From Octopus bimaculoides (taxonomy: Eukaryota), in assembly GCF_001194135.2 (NCBI RefSeq), contig NC_068997.1, forward strand, positions 38,182,178 through 38,228,570: 46,393 nucleotides of DNA, in the 5' to 3' direction. This document shows positions 35,501 to 46,393 of the stretch, one piece after another. A program made the translations under genes and the position numbers. The notes beneath the pieces were generated by a model, which was given only the letters and a program-made list of their open reading frames with translations, made no database searches and was not told where the DNA came from. Every line of letters starts with the position of its first letter. Positions within the stretch are counted from its first letter, which is position 1.

Positions 35501-36227
35501 GCCTAGCATATATTTCGTCTGAACCTGCCTAGAGGTGTTAAGAATAAATATGCGAATATTCATTCCACTATTCAGAAACCTAACAATATCTCGCTTCGTT
35601 AGCAAAGGAGCTTAGTTTCAAATAAATGTTGAAATAAACGTTAATTAATAAACCTTGAAATAAATGTTAATTATATCTATTTAAAAATATGTGAATAATA
35701 TTATTTTGTAATATGTTTCTATATTTTATATGCACTTAAAGACTTAGTTTTTTTAAAAGATTTCATTTAAGAACATTCCATATTACTTATTTAAATCCGT
35801 ATGCTGTGTAACAAAATATGAATTCCTATATTAGGATAATATATTATCAAACGTTTTTCATAATAATAACTGACTAATGCGCCTGATACTTTCTTCAAAA
35901 TTATTAACATTCGACTGACATATCCATCACCTTCTATGCTAAAATTGTATGTTCTCTCTGTAATCAAACGTCTTCTCAAACCTTCTGTGCAATAAATATT
36001 AATACGCAACATATCTATATGTTACGTATTAATAAGTGATAAATCTAGTGTTTGATAAATGGCTACTTTCTTACATTAGTATCAATACAAAATTAACCGA
36101 TAGCAATCTCTTTTTTTGTAAAAGAGCGCTAGTATACTACAACCTTACTTCTGTGATCAACATATTGTATGTAACCAGTTCAGTAAATAATAATTATGTT
36201 GACTAAAATATAAGCGCAAGCATTGGG

Positions 36228-36345
36228 AAAATGTCTTCTACTATAGCCTCGGGCCAATCAAAGCCTTGTAACTTAAAAAAGTCCGCCATATGTGTGTGTG
36301 TCTATTTGTCCCCCACCACCTCTTGACAATTAAGCGGTGGTACCA
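36228..36345 (+). mobile_element. Internally deleted family-2 SINE fragment
   Basis: ATGTCTTCTACTATAGCCTCGGGCCAATCAAAGCCTTG...TTTGTCCCCCACCACC. Confidence 0.55.
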
Positions 36346-36439
36346 TCATTAGTTCGATATTACAAAGAAACTGACTTTACAGTTTTTATAATATTCCTTT
36401 ATAGATATCCATCCAACTATCTTCTCTGTTGACTATTCT

Positions 36440-37175
36440 TAACAGGGGCCTCTGGTACTTCCTCAAGAGGGTTCAGCCGAATATTATCCAACCATCTCGC
36501 TTTTGATCTACCCTTCAGTCTCCTGCTTCTGGCCTCGGCTTGAGGAGTTCGTCTTCTGATTCTTTCATGTAACATTGTGATTACATGTCTGTAGTATCGG
36601 AGCTGTGCCTCCCAACGCGGAGAAGTAGAGATGTAACGGCTTGACCTATTGAGACTATTTTGTCTCCGAGCTATGCGCCCTATGAAATAACGTTACTTCA
36701 GAGACCCTTCGGAGTCGCTTGTATTTGCAATCGTACGTTTTCGGCCATACCCAACATCCCTGCCTTGCAACATCTCTGCTTTGCAACACTCGGCAACGAA
36801 CCTATCCATTGCATGCTAGAGATCATTTTCTCATGAGTCAAGTAGCACCATGTCGTCTGAAAATAACAGCTGACCGATCATACACCCATTGATTGTGATA
36901 CCACCCATTGATTGTGACATGCGCGGCCGTAGTGGACTACGGCCGCGAATGTCAGGAGAGTTGGTAATATGCACCCCTACCGAAGTCCAACATCCACGTT
37001 GAAATGTTTCAACAGAGCATCCTTTACCCAAACGCAAACAAGCAGATATTCGATTAGAAACTTCAAGTCATTCAAAAGTTGCCCATTAAACCCGAGTTCC
37101 TGCAAAAACCCTCCAGAACATTCCCAGCCGCCGTATTCTGATACCTTTTCCACGTCTATAAAGACATTTTTGCTC
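36440..37175 (-). mobile_element. Decayed RTE-clade LINE RT fragment with internal deletions
   Basis: FIDVEKV...ELGFNGQLL, GITINGCMIGQLLFSDDMVLL (LFADD-type motif), QLRYYRHV...GRSKARWLDNI. Confidence 0.7.
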
Positions 37176-37904
37176 TAAATAGATTAAAATTATTGCTTTT
37201 ATTTTCCTCTAGCTAAAGTTCTATAGATTTGAGATAGATAAATTAGTCATCATGACGATCAAGTCTTTCTGAAAACGTGAGCTGTTCTGTCCGGCTGAGA
37301 TCAAAACTCGACACATCTTGAATCATCAGTAAATTGCTATTTCTTCTATGACGCTTATTACAAAATATACTATAATATATCACTATTGAATATATGATAC
37401 ATAACTGCTATATAGATGCTATAAATGTATCTTTACCGAAATATTAACTATTATAATTGTATTATCCAATAAGTTCATGCAAATTTTCACATTGAATTTG
37501 TCTGGAAGTAATCTAGCGTTGGAATACAAATCCAACGTATGTATGAATGATCATATCGTAGCTTCCTTTTCAGAAAATCGATTAGAGAAGCTGGTCAGCG
37601 ATCGAAGAAAGCTATGCCGATAGCTAACCTGTGACTTATTTGTAAATACTGTCATTCCATGTAACATTACGAAATGAAAATATATCAATTCAAGACATTT
37701 CTACAATTAATGCATTGGAACTTATAAGTCTATAAAAGAAACGGTATTAAACCATTTATCAGTTCAGAACAAGCACCTGATGAAGAGAGAGTCTTGGTTT
37801 TATGATTCTTAATTTTTCCCATTTCTTATTTCTCATGTTTTAGTATTTAGAACTCAAATTTCGCACATTGTTATCTATTCCTTCTTTTGTATGTGAACAT
37901 AATG

Positions 37905-38040
37905 CATGGCTGAGTGCTTAAGGGATTTGCTTTGTATTCACGAAATCCTGGGTTCTCTTCGACTGCGCTGAGCGTTGAGCAAGCGTCTTTGCCATACCTT
38001 CGGATCGACCCAAGTTTTATGAGTCGGAACCTTTTCAGTG
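37905..38040 (+). mobile_element. Diverged SINE head (family 2)
   Basis: GCATGGCTGAGTGCTTAAGGGATTTGCTT (box-A-like)...CCTGGGTTC...GAGCAAGCGTCTTT. Confidence 0.5.
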
Positions 38041-38056
38041 ACTTAGCGATATTTAA

Positions 38057-38118
<62 letters not shown>

Positions 38119-38504
38119 NNNNNNNNNNNNNNNNNNNNNNNNNNNNNNNNNNNNNNNNNNNNNNNNNNNNNNNNNNNNNNNNNNNNNNNNNNNNNNNNNN
38201 NNNNNNNNNNNNNNNNNNNNNNNNNNNNNNNNNNNNNNNNNNNNNNNNNNNNNNNNNNNNNNNNNNNNNNNNNNNNNNNNNNNNNNNNNNNNNNNNNNNN
38301 NNNNNNNNNNNNNNNNNNNNNNNNNNNNNNNNNNNNNNNNNNNNNNNNNNNNNNNNATTTCTGTATAAGGCTATATTTAACTGTCAAATTCAAGTCAAAC
38401 ATATAAATTGCCTTACACATCTTCAGGGAAAAAAGGTTAAGAACATTTGTCTATCTAGGTCGTCCCAAGACTGTTTCCACACGTTTTTCTCATTCATCTC
38501 GATC

Positions 38505-38697
38505 TTCCGTAATGTTAAAACTCAAATTGCAATACACAATACACAAAATATTTGAACAATTTTTAATGCATTTTCTAATAACATTTAATTCTTAAAATAT
38601 AATCAGATCTTTTAAACATGTGGATCCATCCTAGTAAAATAGGAATCAAAGGGGTTCAGAGGTAAAAAAAAAAAAAAAAAACCGTTGAGAAACACTG
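38505..38697. mobile_element. Partial second copy of the hAT MITE family
   Basis: Aligns with 29020-29187 (CAATACACAAA...TTTAAACAT...) and ends TTGAGAAACACTG followed by CTCTAAGC. Confidence 0.6.
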
Positions 38698-39244
38698 CTC
38701 TAAGCGATTATGTCCAAAATGCAAAAGGACTTTGTTTCCAAACTAATACATAGCGTAACAGTGGTAACAAGTAATCTTTGACTAATGCTAAGAGATAACT
38801 TTTTGTTAGAGTGACATATCAGGGCTTACAGGAAACAACTGGTCGGTAGCCATGCGAAAAATACAGTCAATAGACAGCCTTTACATATTATGCAGGTATG
38901 GAATACTCTTTGGCTAACAGGATAAGTAGAATTTTAAATGCCTACATCCTCAAATAACATTCAAATGTTCAATTTACTGTGAATAATGTCATTTGTCTGT
39001 AAAATATCAAACAGCGCATTCCACTTCATCTCGCTGGTTGTTGTGTGATGTTGGAAAAATTAATTCGTAAGGAGTCAACCAATTCAATGAAAACTACTAA
39101 TGCATTTAGTTCTATCAATCAACCTCATAATTAAATTAATCGCAATTTAAGAGATATTGTCGGCTCTATTCACGACGATTTGAAAATAGATGAGTAACTT
39201 GTGATGTCATTGTTGACATTCAGGAAAAATGTTGATTTTTGAGG

Positions 39245-39603
39245 AGCGGGGGGCAGTCGATTAGATCGACCCCAGTGTGCAACTGGCACTTAATTTATCG
39301 ACCCCGAAAGGATGAAAGGCTAAGTCAACCTCGGCGGAATTTGAACTCAGATGAAATACCGCTAAGCATTTCGCCCGGCGTGCTAATGATTCTGCCAGCT
39401 CGTTGCCTAATATGATAATATTCTTTTCTACTCTAGGCACAAGGCTCGAAATTTTGTGGGAGGAGATCATTTGATTAGATCGACCCCAGTGCGCAACTGG
39501 TACAGTCGACCTCGGCGGAATTTGAACCCAGAATATAAAGACAGGCGAAATACCACTAAGTATTTCACCCGGCGTGCTAACATTTCTTTCAGCTCGCCGC
39601 CTT
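39245..39603 (-). mobile_element. Two head-to-tail family-1 SINEs (39245-39406 and 39423-39603)
   Basis: Each copy has a different internal deletion; 16-bp CTAATATGATAATATT at 39407-39422 and 39604-39619. Confidence 0.9.
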
Positions 39604-40527
39604 CTAATATGATAATATTAATTTACTAAATTGGTAGCTTCAGAAAGATTTAAACATTCTGGTCTTATTTTTCTGTATTTTCTTCCAATTTGTTTCTTTT
39701 AAAAAGCAATGGCCAACTGCATCTTGATAAAGTGGATTTCTAATTATTATTACATCAAACATTTGAACTTGCCTAGCATTCGCTATTCAAAGTTAACTCA
39801 TTTTTAATTGCTACGTAGTCATGATGCTCGGAAATAAGTAATGAATACATAAGTGAAATACGCTTGAGAGATGATGAATCGTCATAAAAGAAAAGAAACA
39901 TAAGATTTAACCATTATTCACGCCATCATTTAGCAAATTTTTCCACGTTTAACATAATTTTGTCCCTTGTATATGCACAGTGCAATTTACTTTATAAGAT
40001 CTACATTTTTCTGCATTATTTAGCAGAATATTATGGACCTTTTTAACATGTAACCTTTAATGTAAATACTATATGCGAGAATATAATTACTGTTGCTCTG
40101 TCAATAATATCTATCAAGGCATGATAGGACTTTATTATTCTAGATCAGTTCAGCACTGCCGTGAACGCTACATCATTTGTACAATGCGGAAACTATTCTA
40201 TCAGCACCGTTCAAACAATGTTGGCACTGATTTCTCTTATATTTCTATTGCTTCTCATTCCTTCATATTCATTGGACTACAACGAATCATTTCGGCTGTC
40301 GTGAGATTTACAAGAAGCGGATTCATAAAATAATCCCATCGTTTGCTTGGAGAGTTTCAGAATTTTCTTTCCACATATCGAGATTTCACATTTTGTGCAT
40401 TTTTAACGCATATTCCTTTCACTGGACAAACTTACATGCCAAAAATGGTAGCTACATATTCAAGCATTCCATGCATTTGGCTACCAGATTCAGTTTCATT
40501 CAGTCTGTTTTGGTGAAATTAACGATC

Positions 40528-40596
<69 letters not shown>

Positions 40597-41929
40597 NNNN
40601 NNNNNNNNNNNNNNNNNNNNNNNNNNNNNNNNNNNNNNNNNNNNNNNNNNNNNNNNNNNNNNNNNNNNNNNNNNNNNNNNNNNNNNNNNNNNNNNNNNNN
40701 NNNNNNNNNNNNNNNNNNNNNNNNNNNNNNNNNNNNNNNNNNNNNNNNNNNNNNNNNNNNNNNNNNNNNNNNNNNNNNNNNNNNNNNNNNNNNNNNNNNN
40801 NNNNNNNNNNNNNNNNNNNNNNNNNNNNNNNNNNNNNNNNNNNNNNNNNNNNNNNNNNNNNNNNNNNNNNNNNNNNNNNNNNNNNNNNNNNNNNNNNNNN
40901 NNNNNNNNNNNNNNNNNNNNNNNNNNNNNNNNNNNNNNNNNNNNNNNNNNNNNNNNNNNNNNNNNNNNNNNNNNNNNNNNNNNNNNNNNNNNNNNNNNNN
41001 NNNNNNNNNNNNNNNNNNNNNNNNNNNNNNNNNNNNNNNNNNNNNNNNNNNNNNNNNNNNNNNNNNNNNNNNNNNNNNNNNNNNNNNNNNNNNNNNNNNN
41101 NNNNNNNNNNNNNNNNNNNNNNNNNNNNNNNNNNNNNNNNNNNNNNNNNNNNNNNNNNNNNNNNNNNNNNNNNNNNNNNNNNNNNNNNNNNNNNNNNNNN
41201 NNNNNNNNNNNNNNNNNNNNNNNNNNNNNNNNNNNNNNNNNNNNNNNNNNNNNNNNNNNNNNNNNNNNNNNNNNNNNNNNNNNNNNNNNNNNNNNNNNNN
41301 NNNNNNNNNNNNNNNNNNNNNNNNNNNNNNNNNNNNNNNNNNNNNNNNNNNNNNNNNNNNNNNNNNNNNNNNNNNNNNNNNNNNNNNNNNNNNNNNNNNN
41401 NNNNNNATATATGTATGTATATATATGTATATATGTATATATGTACACACGCATAACTGGTTTCTTTCTGTCTCCGTCTACACTCGCAAGACTTTGATCG
41501 GCCCGAGGCAACATATTATGCTATGGGAAAAGAGACTGATACACATCCTAAATATCGGAAATTAATGCGTTTCCATTCTAGATTACTGTTCACGAGATTC
41601 CTTAAAATCGTAATGAATAAAACTAATTACTTTAAATATCTATTTGCACATCATATGTATCTCTTTATTTTACGTCGACGAAAAATATACATTTACACGC
41701 ATGTAAACACATACATATCTTTATGAAATACCTTTCACTAGACAATTACGATTTATCTACTATTTTATATTTAGCTCTCAAGGGTTAGATATAAAGCCAT
41801 TTATTTTATATCTAATCTACGTCGGTGAGATATATAAAATCATCAAGTAGAACAATCAATAAAATTTTACAGAAAAGATAAATTAAACTTCAAAATCCAA
41901 TATAAACCCAAGTACAAATCTCCTTCTTG

Positions 41930-42289
41930 ACGACAAGGCTCTCTGTCACGGAGCTCTCTTCACTCGTGAGTTTCTCGCCAGAGACAACTTGGTATCGCTT
42001 CCGCACCCGCCCTATTCGCCAGATTTATCACTTGCGGATTTCCGTCTCTTCCTCAAGATGAAAATGCAGCTTAAAGGTCACCGTCTTAACACTGTTGTCA
42101 AGATCCAGATCCAATCGCAGAAGGTCCTCCACTCTCTTACAGAAAACAACTTCCAGCCTGGATTCCAAAAGTGGCAGGAACGCTGGGACTGGTGTATTGC
42201 TGCGCAAGGAGATGATGTTAAAACTTAGGTAAATAAGTTATTTTTTATTAAACATAACTTGTCCAGGAACCTTTTGATACCACCTCGTA
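41930..42289 (+). mobile_element. Mariner (DD34D-type) 3' remnant
   Basis: HPPYSPDLSLADFRLFLKMKMQLKG...FQKWQERWDWCIAAQG; 3' TIR ...CTTTTGATACCACCTCG followed by TA (42288-42289). Confidence 0.88.
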
Positions 42290-43590
42290 TATGCATTGAT
42301 ATAAAGATGACTTATATGGAAAATTTCGGTCATACGACGAAAAATATTCAGTTGTTCAATCAGCTGTATTTGTTTTGTTCCTGAATTAACGTGAGAGTAG
42401 CTGAGCATTCTATAGGCATTTGTACCTTAACTGAATCTTCAAGCAGAATCAGCGTGACAGGGTGTATAACATTGTACCGGCTGCGTTACAGGTACAATAA
42501 ATCCGACGGGCTTCTAATAGATACGTCTGCTCAATTTCATTCAGAAGCTATGAATAGACCTTATGATAAGGAATGTGACATTTGCCCACGATGCCATGCG
42601 ATGGGTTTAAATTAGGCTGCTCGTGCTTGAAAAGCTAAAAGCTAAAACATTAGGCTATGCACTAATACATATATACACACGCATATTTTTCTATGTATAA
42701 ACATAATTTGTATATATACATATGTACATATNNNNNNNNNNNNNNNNNNNNNNNNNNNNNNNNNNNNNNNNNNNNNNNNNNNNNNNNNNNNNNNNNNNNN
42801 NNNNNNNNNNNNNNNNNNNNNNNNNNNNNNNNNNNNNNNNNNNNNNNNNNNNNNNNNNNNNNNNNNNNNNNNNNNNNNNNNNNNNNNNNNNNNNNNNNNN
42901 NNNNNNNNNNNNNNNNNNNNNNNNNNNNNNNNNNNNNNNNNNNNNNNNNNNNNNNNNNNNNNNNNNNNNNNNNNNNNNNNNNNNNNNNNNNNNNNNNNNN
43001 NNNNNNNNNNNNNNNNNNNNNNNNNNNNNNNNNNNNNNNNNNNNNNNNNNNNNNNNNNNNNNNNNNNNNNNNNNNNNNNNNNNNNNNNNNNNNNNNNNNN
43101 NNNNNNNNNNNNNNNNNNNNNNNNNNNNNNNNNNNNNNNNNNNNNNNNNNNNNNNNNNNNNNNNNNNNNNNNNNNNNNNNNNNNNNNNNNNNNNNNNNNN
43201 NNNNNNNNNNNNNNNNNNNNNNNNNNNNNNNNNNNNNNNNNNNNNNNNNNNNNNNNNNNNNNNNNNNNNNNNNNNNNNNNNNNNNNNNNNNNNNNNNNNN
43301 NNNNNNNNNNNNNNNNNNNNNNNNNNNNNNNNNNNNNNNNNNNNNNNNNNNNNNNNNNNNNNNNNNNNNNNNNNNNNNNNNNNNNNNNNNNNNNNNNNNN
43401 NNNNNNNNNNNNNNNNNNNNNNNNNNNNNNNNNNNNNNNNNNNNNNNNNNNNNNNNNNNNNNNNNNNNNNNNNNNNNNNNNNNNNNNNNNNNNNNNNNNN
43501 NNNNNNNNNNNNNNNNNTATATACATATATATATATATACGAATGTGTACACATATGTATATATTCATATAACACAGACTGCTTTTTCAT

Positions 43591-43630
43591 TAAATCTGAT
43601 GAACGGCCACGTGAAACTCTGAGTAACAGT
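43591..43630 (+). ncRNA. Hammerhead-ribozyme-like core with poor stem I
   Basis: CTGATGA ACG-GCCA-CGT GAAA CTC-T-GAG TA: intact core, 3-bp stem II, near-palindromic stem III and GUA triplet; only 1 bp of stem I. Confidence 0.45.
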
Positions 43631-43726
43631 TGGTGAAGATTTCTCCGTCTTTAATAAAATAATATTTTACTCCACCTTTGGTATTCGGTCACTGTTTTCC
43701 ACCTTCTTTTGCACCTATGTTCCTAC

Positions 43727-43764
<38 letters not shown>

Positions 43765-44011
43765 AGAGAGAGTGAGGGAGAATAAGCACAGATGGCGTGT
43801 AAGACGTACGAGAGCAGTTTCGGTAGAATTTAATTTGATGCAGTTATAAAACATTACATCATAATACATAAACCTCTATCATCGGGTCCAATTTTAACCA
43901 GGTAAGACTATAAGCAGCGACCGGGACATAGCCAGCATTAACAGGACTAATGACTTATTCAAATCTAACATTAGGAGATATATTCTAAGTTAAAGGAGAC
44001 ATGTACGTACA

Positions 44012-44042
<31 letters not shown>

Positions 44043-44454
44043 GTATGTACATAATTATTATCAGTCAATTTTCCTTTAAATCACACCTCACTCTCACTAA
44101 AGTGAAACATATCTCTAAGATGAACTGGGTACAGTCATAATGTTCTTGATAATAAGTTTAATCAGCAACTCAGTCAAGTGAAGAAGGGATAATGGAATGT
44201 GTGAGAGGCAAATACCCTACACTGATCTCTACTGGCGTTATACTAGAAACCTTCCTAACACACTGTCAAGTTAGGAGTGGTTGTGTTGGTACTTAGGAAG
44301 GGCGCGAGCAAAACAGATATTGATAGTTTTTCATACGGTTAATTCCGCTGAATTATAAGTAATTTTGGTCAGAGTGTTAGTAGATAGGTTAGCACCTATA
44401 GTTGTGAATGTTAAATAAAGATTTTAAAAAAGTACAATAGCGTGTACAAGTGAC

Positions 44455-44780
44455 CGAAATGGAGTTTCTCCGAAGGTCTCTGGAGTAACGTTATTCGACA
44501 AGCTGCGTGGCTCGGAGTCTCTCTAGGCCGAGCCGCTACTTCTCTACTTCACTGCATTGACAGGTCACAGTTCCGGTACTGCGGACATATAATTAGAATG
44601 TCACAGGAAAGAATCACAAAACAGATTCTTTAAGCAAAGCCAACCACAAGAGGCCTACGGATAGACCAAAACTGAGACGGTCGGATAATATCCATAGTCT
44701 CGGTTGGTTACGCTTGCGAATCCAAACGGAAAGTCTATTGACAGTTGCTTTTGAAAGGACTGTATGGGGAAGGTAGTTGA
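44455..44780 (+). mobile_element. RTE-clade LINE C-terminal fragment
   Basis: EMEFLRRSLGVTLFDKLR...RSQFRYCGHIIRMSQERITKQIL...RPKLRRSDNI; homologous to the minus-strand piece at 36470-36640. Confidence 0.75.
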
Positions 44781-45830
44781 GCATTCTATCTTCACGACCC
44801 TCCCAGGAACAATGGGCTGAAATAATGGATGGATGGATGGATGGATTAAGGGATGATGGATGGTATTTCTATCACGCAACACTAATTTTTCTCGAAAAAA
44901 AATATATTTCATAAGTTCAAATGAAATATCTAAAAGCACAATAACGCTCCAAATTCGAATAAACACTGAAAGTTCGGTGTTTGCTTTTTAAATTTTGTTT
45001 ATGACCGACTTTACTTGATGCATTTCTTTGAAAGGAGAATGTGAATAAAGGGAAATAATTCACCATAACCCATAGTGATCTTGTCATAAACCTGGTTAAT
45101 AAATATGAACTCAATTTGCATAAAATCACTATATAGAGAAATACAGACGATTTGGTGGGAAGTGTTTGCAAGTAGGAGGAGTTTCCGCTGGTGGGGTAAA
45201 TATAAGAAATGGTAAAGATGACAGTTTTCGTGTAGTGATTGACAAAATCACTTTTGAAGTTAGATTCATAATTAGTCTGCATGTTCAGATAGTTGTACGC
45301 ACTAAGAGATAAAATATCATTCAAGTTATATACTACAGATCAGATTGTTATAAATAAGCGGGGACATCACTAGCTGGAGTTGCATCGAGAAGATTTCAAC
45401 GGCCAGAGATAGAAAAAAGAAGTATGGACGGGAAAGAAGATATAGAAAATGACAGGAAAAATAAAAAAGAGATAGAAGGAAGAGAGTGAGAGAGAGATAA
45501 AATTAAAGAGCACGCATGCTATGTCACTTCAATCTTAGAAAGAGTCGAGATAATAAAAATTAAGTGACAGGTGTCAGAATAATAAAACAGAAAAACATAT
45601 TAAGTATCAAAACATTATTATGTTTCAAAATTTGACAGAGTAGCTGTAAAAATGGTAAACATTAATAGTAAGAAGAATAATTAATAAGGTAAATAAGTAT
45701 GTATTCCCGCTAACGGCACATACAAATATATGTGCATACACATAAGTATACGCACCTACATATCCACGTATATATATATAGAGAGAGAGCTGTATAATAA
45801 TACAAACAAATGATCGAAACATTATGACCT

Positions 45831-46252
45831 AACCCTAACCAGAATCGAACCCACAAATCAACGCTAACACGGCTCCTTGCGCATCCGGTTGGGTCAAAAG
45901 CTCATCCAACAATTTCAGCCAAACTTAATGAATATATACTTAAACTGTCTAATACTACATAGAATATTAGTAAACAAACTAGAAAGGCTTTGTAAGTTAC
46001 GGAGAGAACGCTACTATGGAAGACTCATAGTATAATAATAACTGTATATGCCCCAAATGGAGACGCAAGGAGCCATATTAGTGTTGATTTGTGGTTTCGA
46101 TTCTTGCTAGGGTTTGCTCATCATTTCTTTGTCTTTAAAACTATCACTTCAAATCGGAATGTATATATTATAAGGTTATATTATTATACCGCTATACTAC
46201 AAATCTTTCAAAGCTTTCTCTCCGTAACTTACAAAGTCTTCCTGGTTTGTTT

Positions 46253-46254
<2 letters not shown>
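45831..46254. repeat. Interlocked inverted repeats A-B-A'-B'
   Basis: A (45831-45886) pairs with 46059-46114; B (45970-46012) pairs with 46212-46254. Confidence 0.85.
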
Positions 46255-46291
<37 letters not shown>

Positions 46292-46393
46292 TATAGGAAA
46301 ATGAAAAAAAGCCAGAATGCTGAACTGGAAGCATATTTTAATAAAGATTTCTTCTAACCGGTTTTCATTGCGAAAAAGCAAATTATCAAGAAG

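Overview
AT-rich, gapped eukaryotic genomic DNA. The SINE families, dense microsatellites and transposon mix point to an octopus draft assembly (inference). There is one clear host-gene segment: the first coding exon (minus strand, 9570-8740) of a PDE11A-like dual cAMP/cGMP phosphodiesterase, covering the N-terminal regulatory region and the first half of GAF-A, with canonical splice sites. The rest is intronic or upstream DNA full of decayed mobile elements: two Mag-type Gypsy LTR remnants, R4/Dong-like and HERO-like RLE LINEs, four RTE fragments, a CR1-type fragment, a Penelope GIY-YIG remnant, three Tc1/mariner remnants, hAT MITEs and about ten tRNA-type SINEs. Most notable: (1) a 1112-bp element with ~270-bp terminal inverted repeats and a perfect 8-bp TSD, carrying a higher-order telomere-like (TAACCC)n-TAAAACCC array; (2) two minimal hammerhead-ribozyme-like motifs; (3) four tandem tRNA-Ser primer-binding-site-like motifs after an LTR; (4) interlocked inverted repeats near the window end; (5) recurring head-to-tail SINE pairs. 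No prokaryotic-type systems or CRISPR arrays were seen. No database searches were run; family names rest on recalled motifs.
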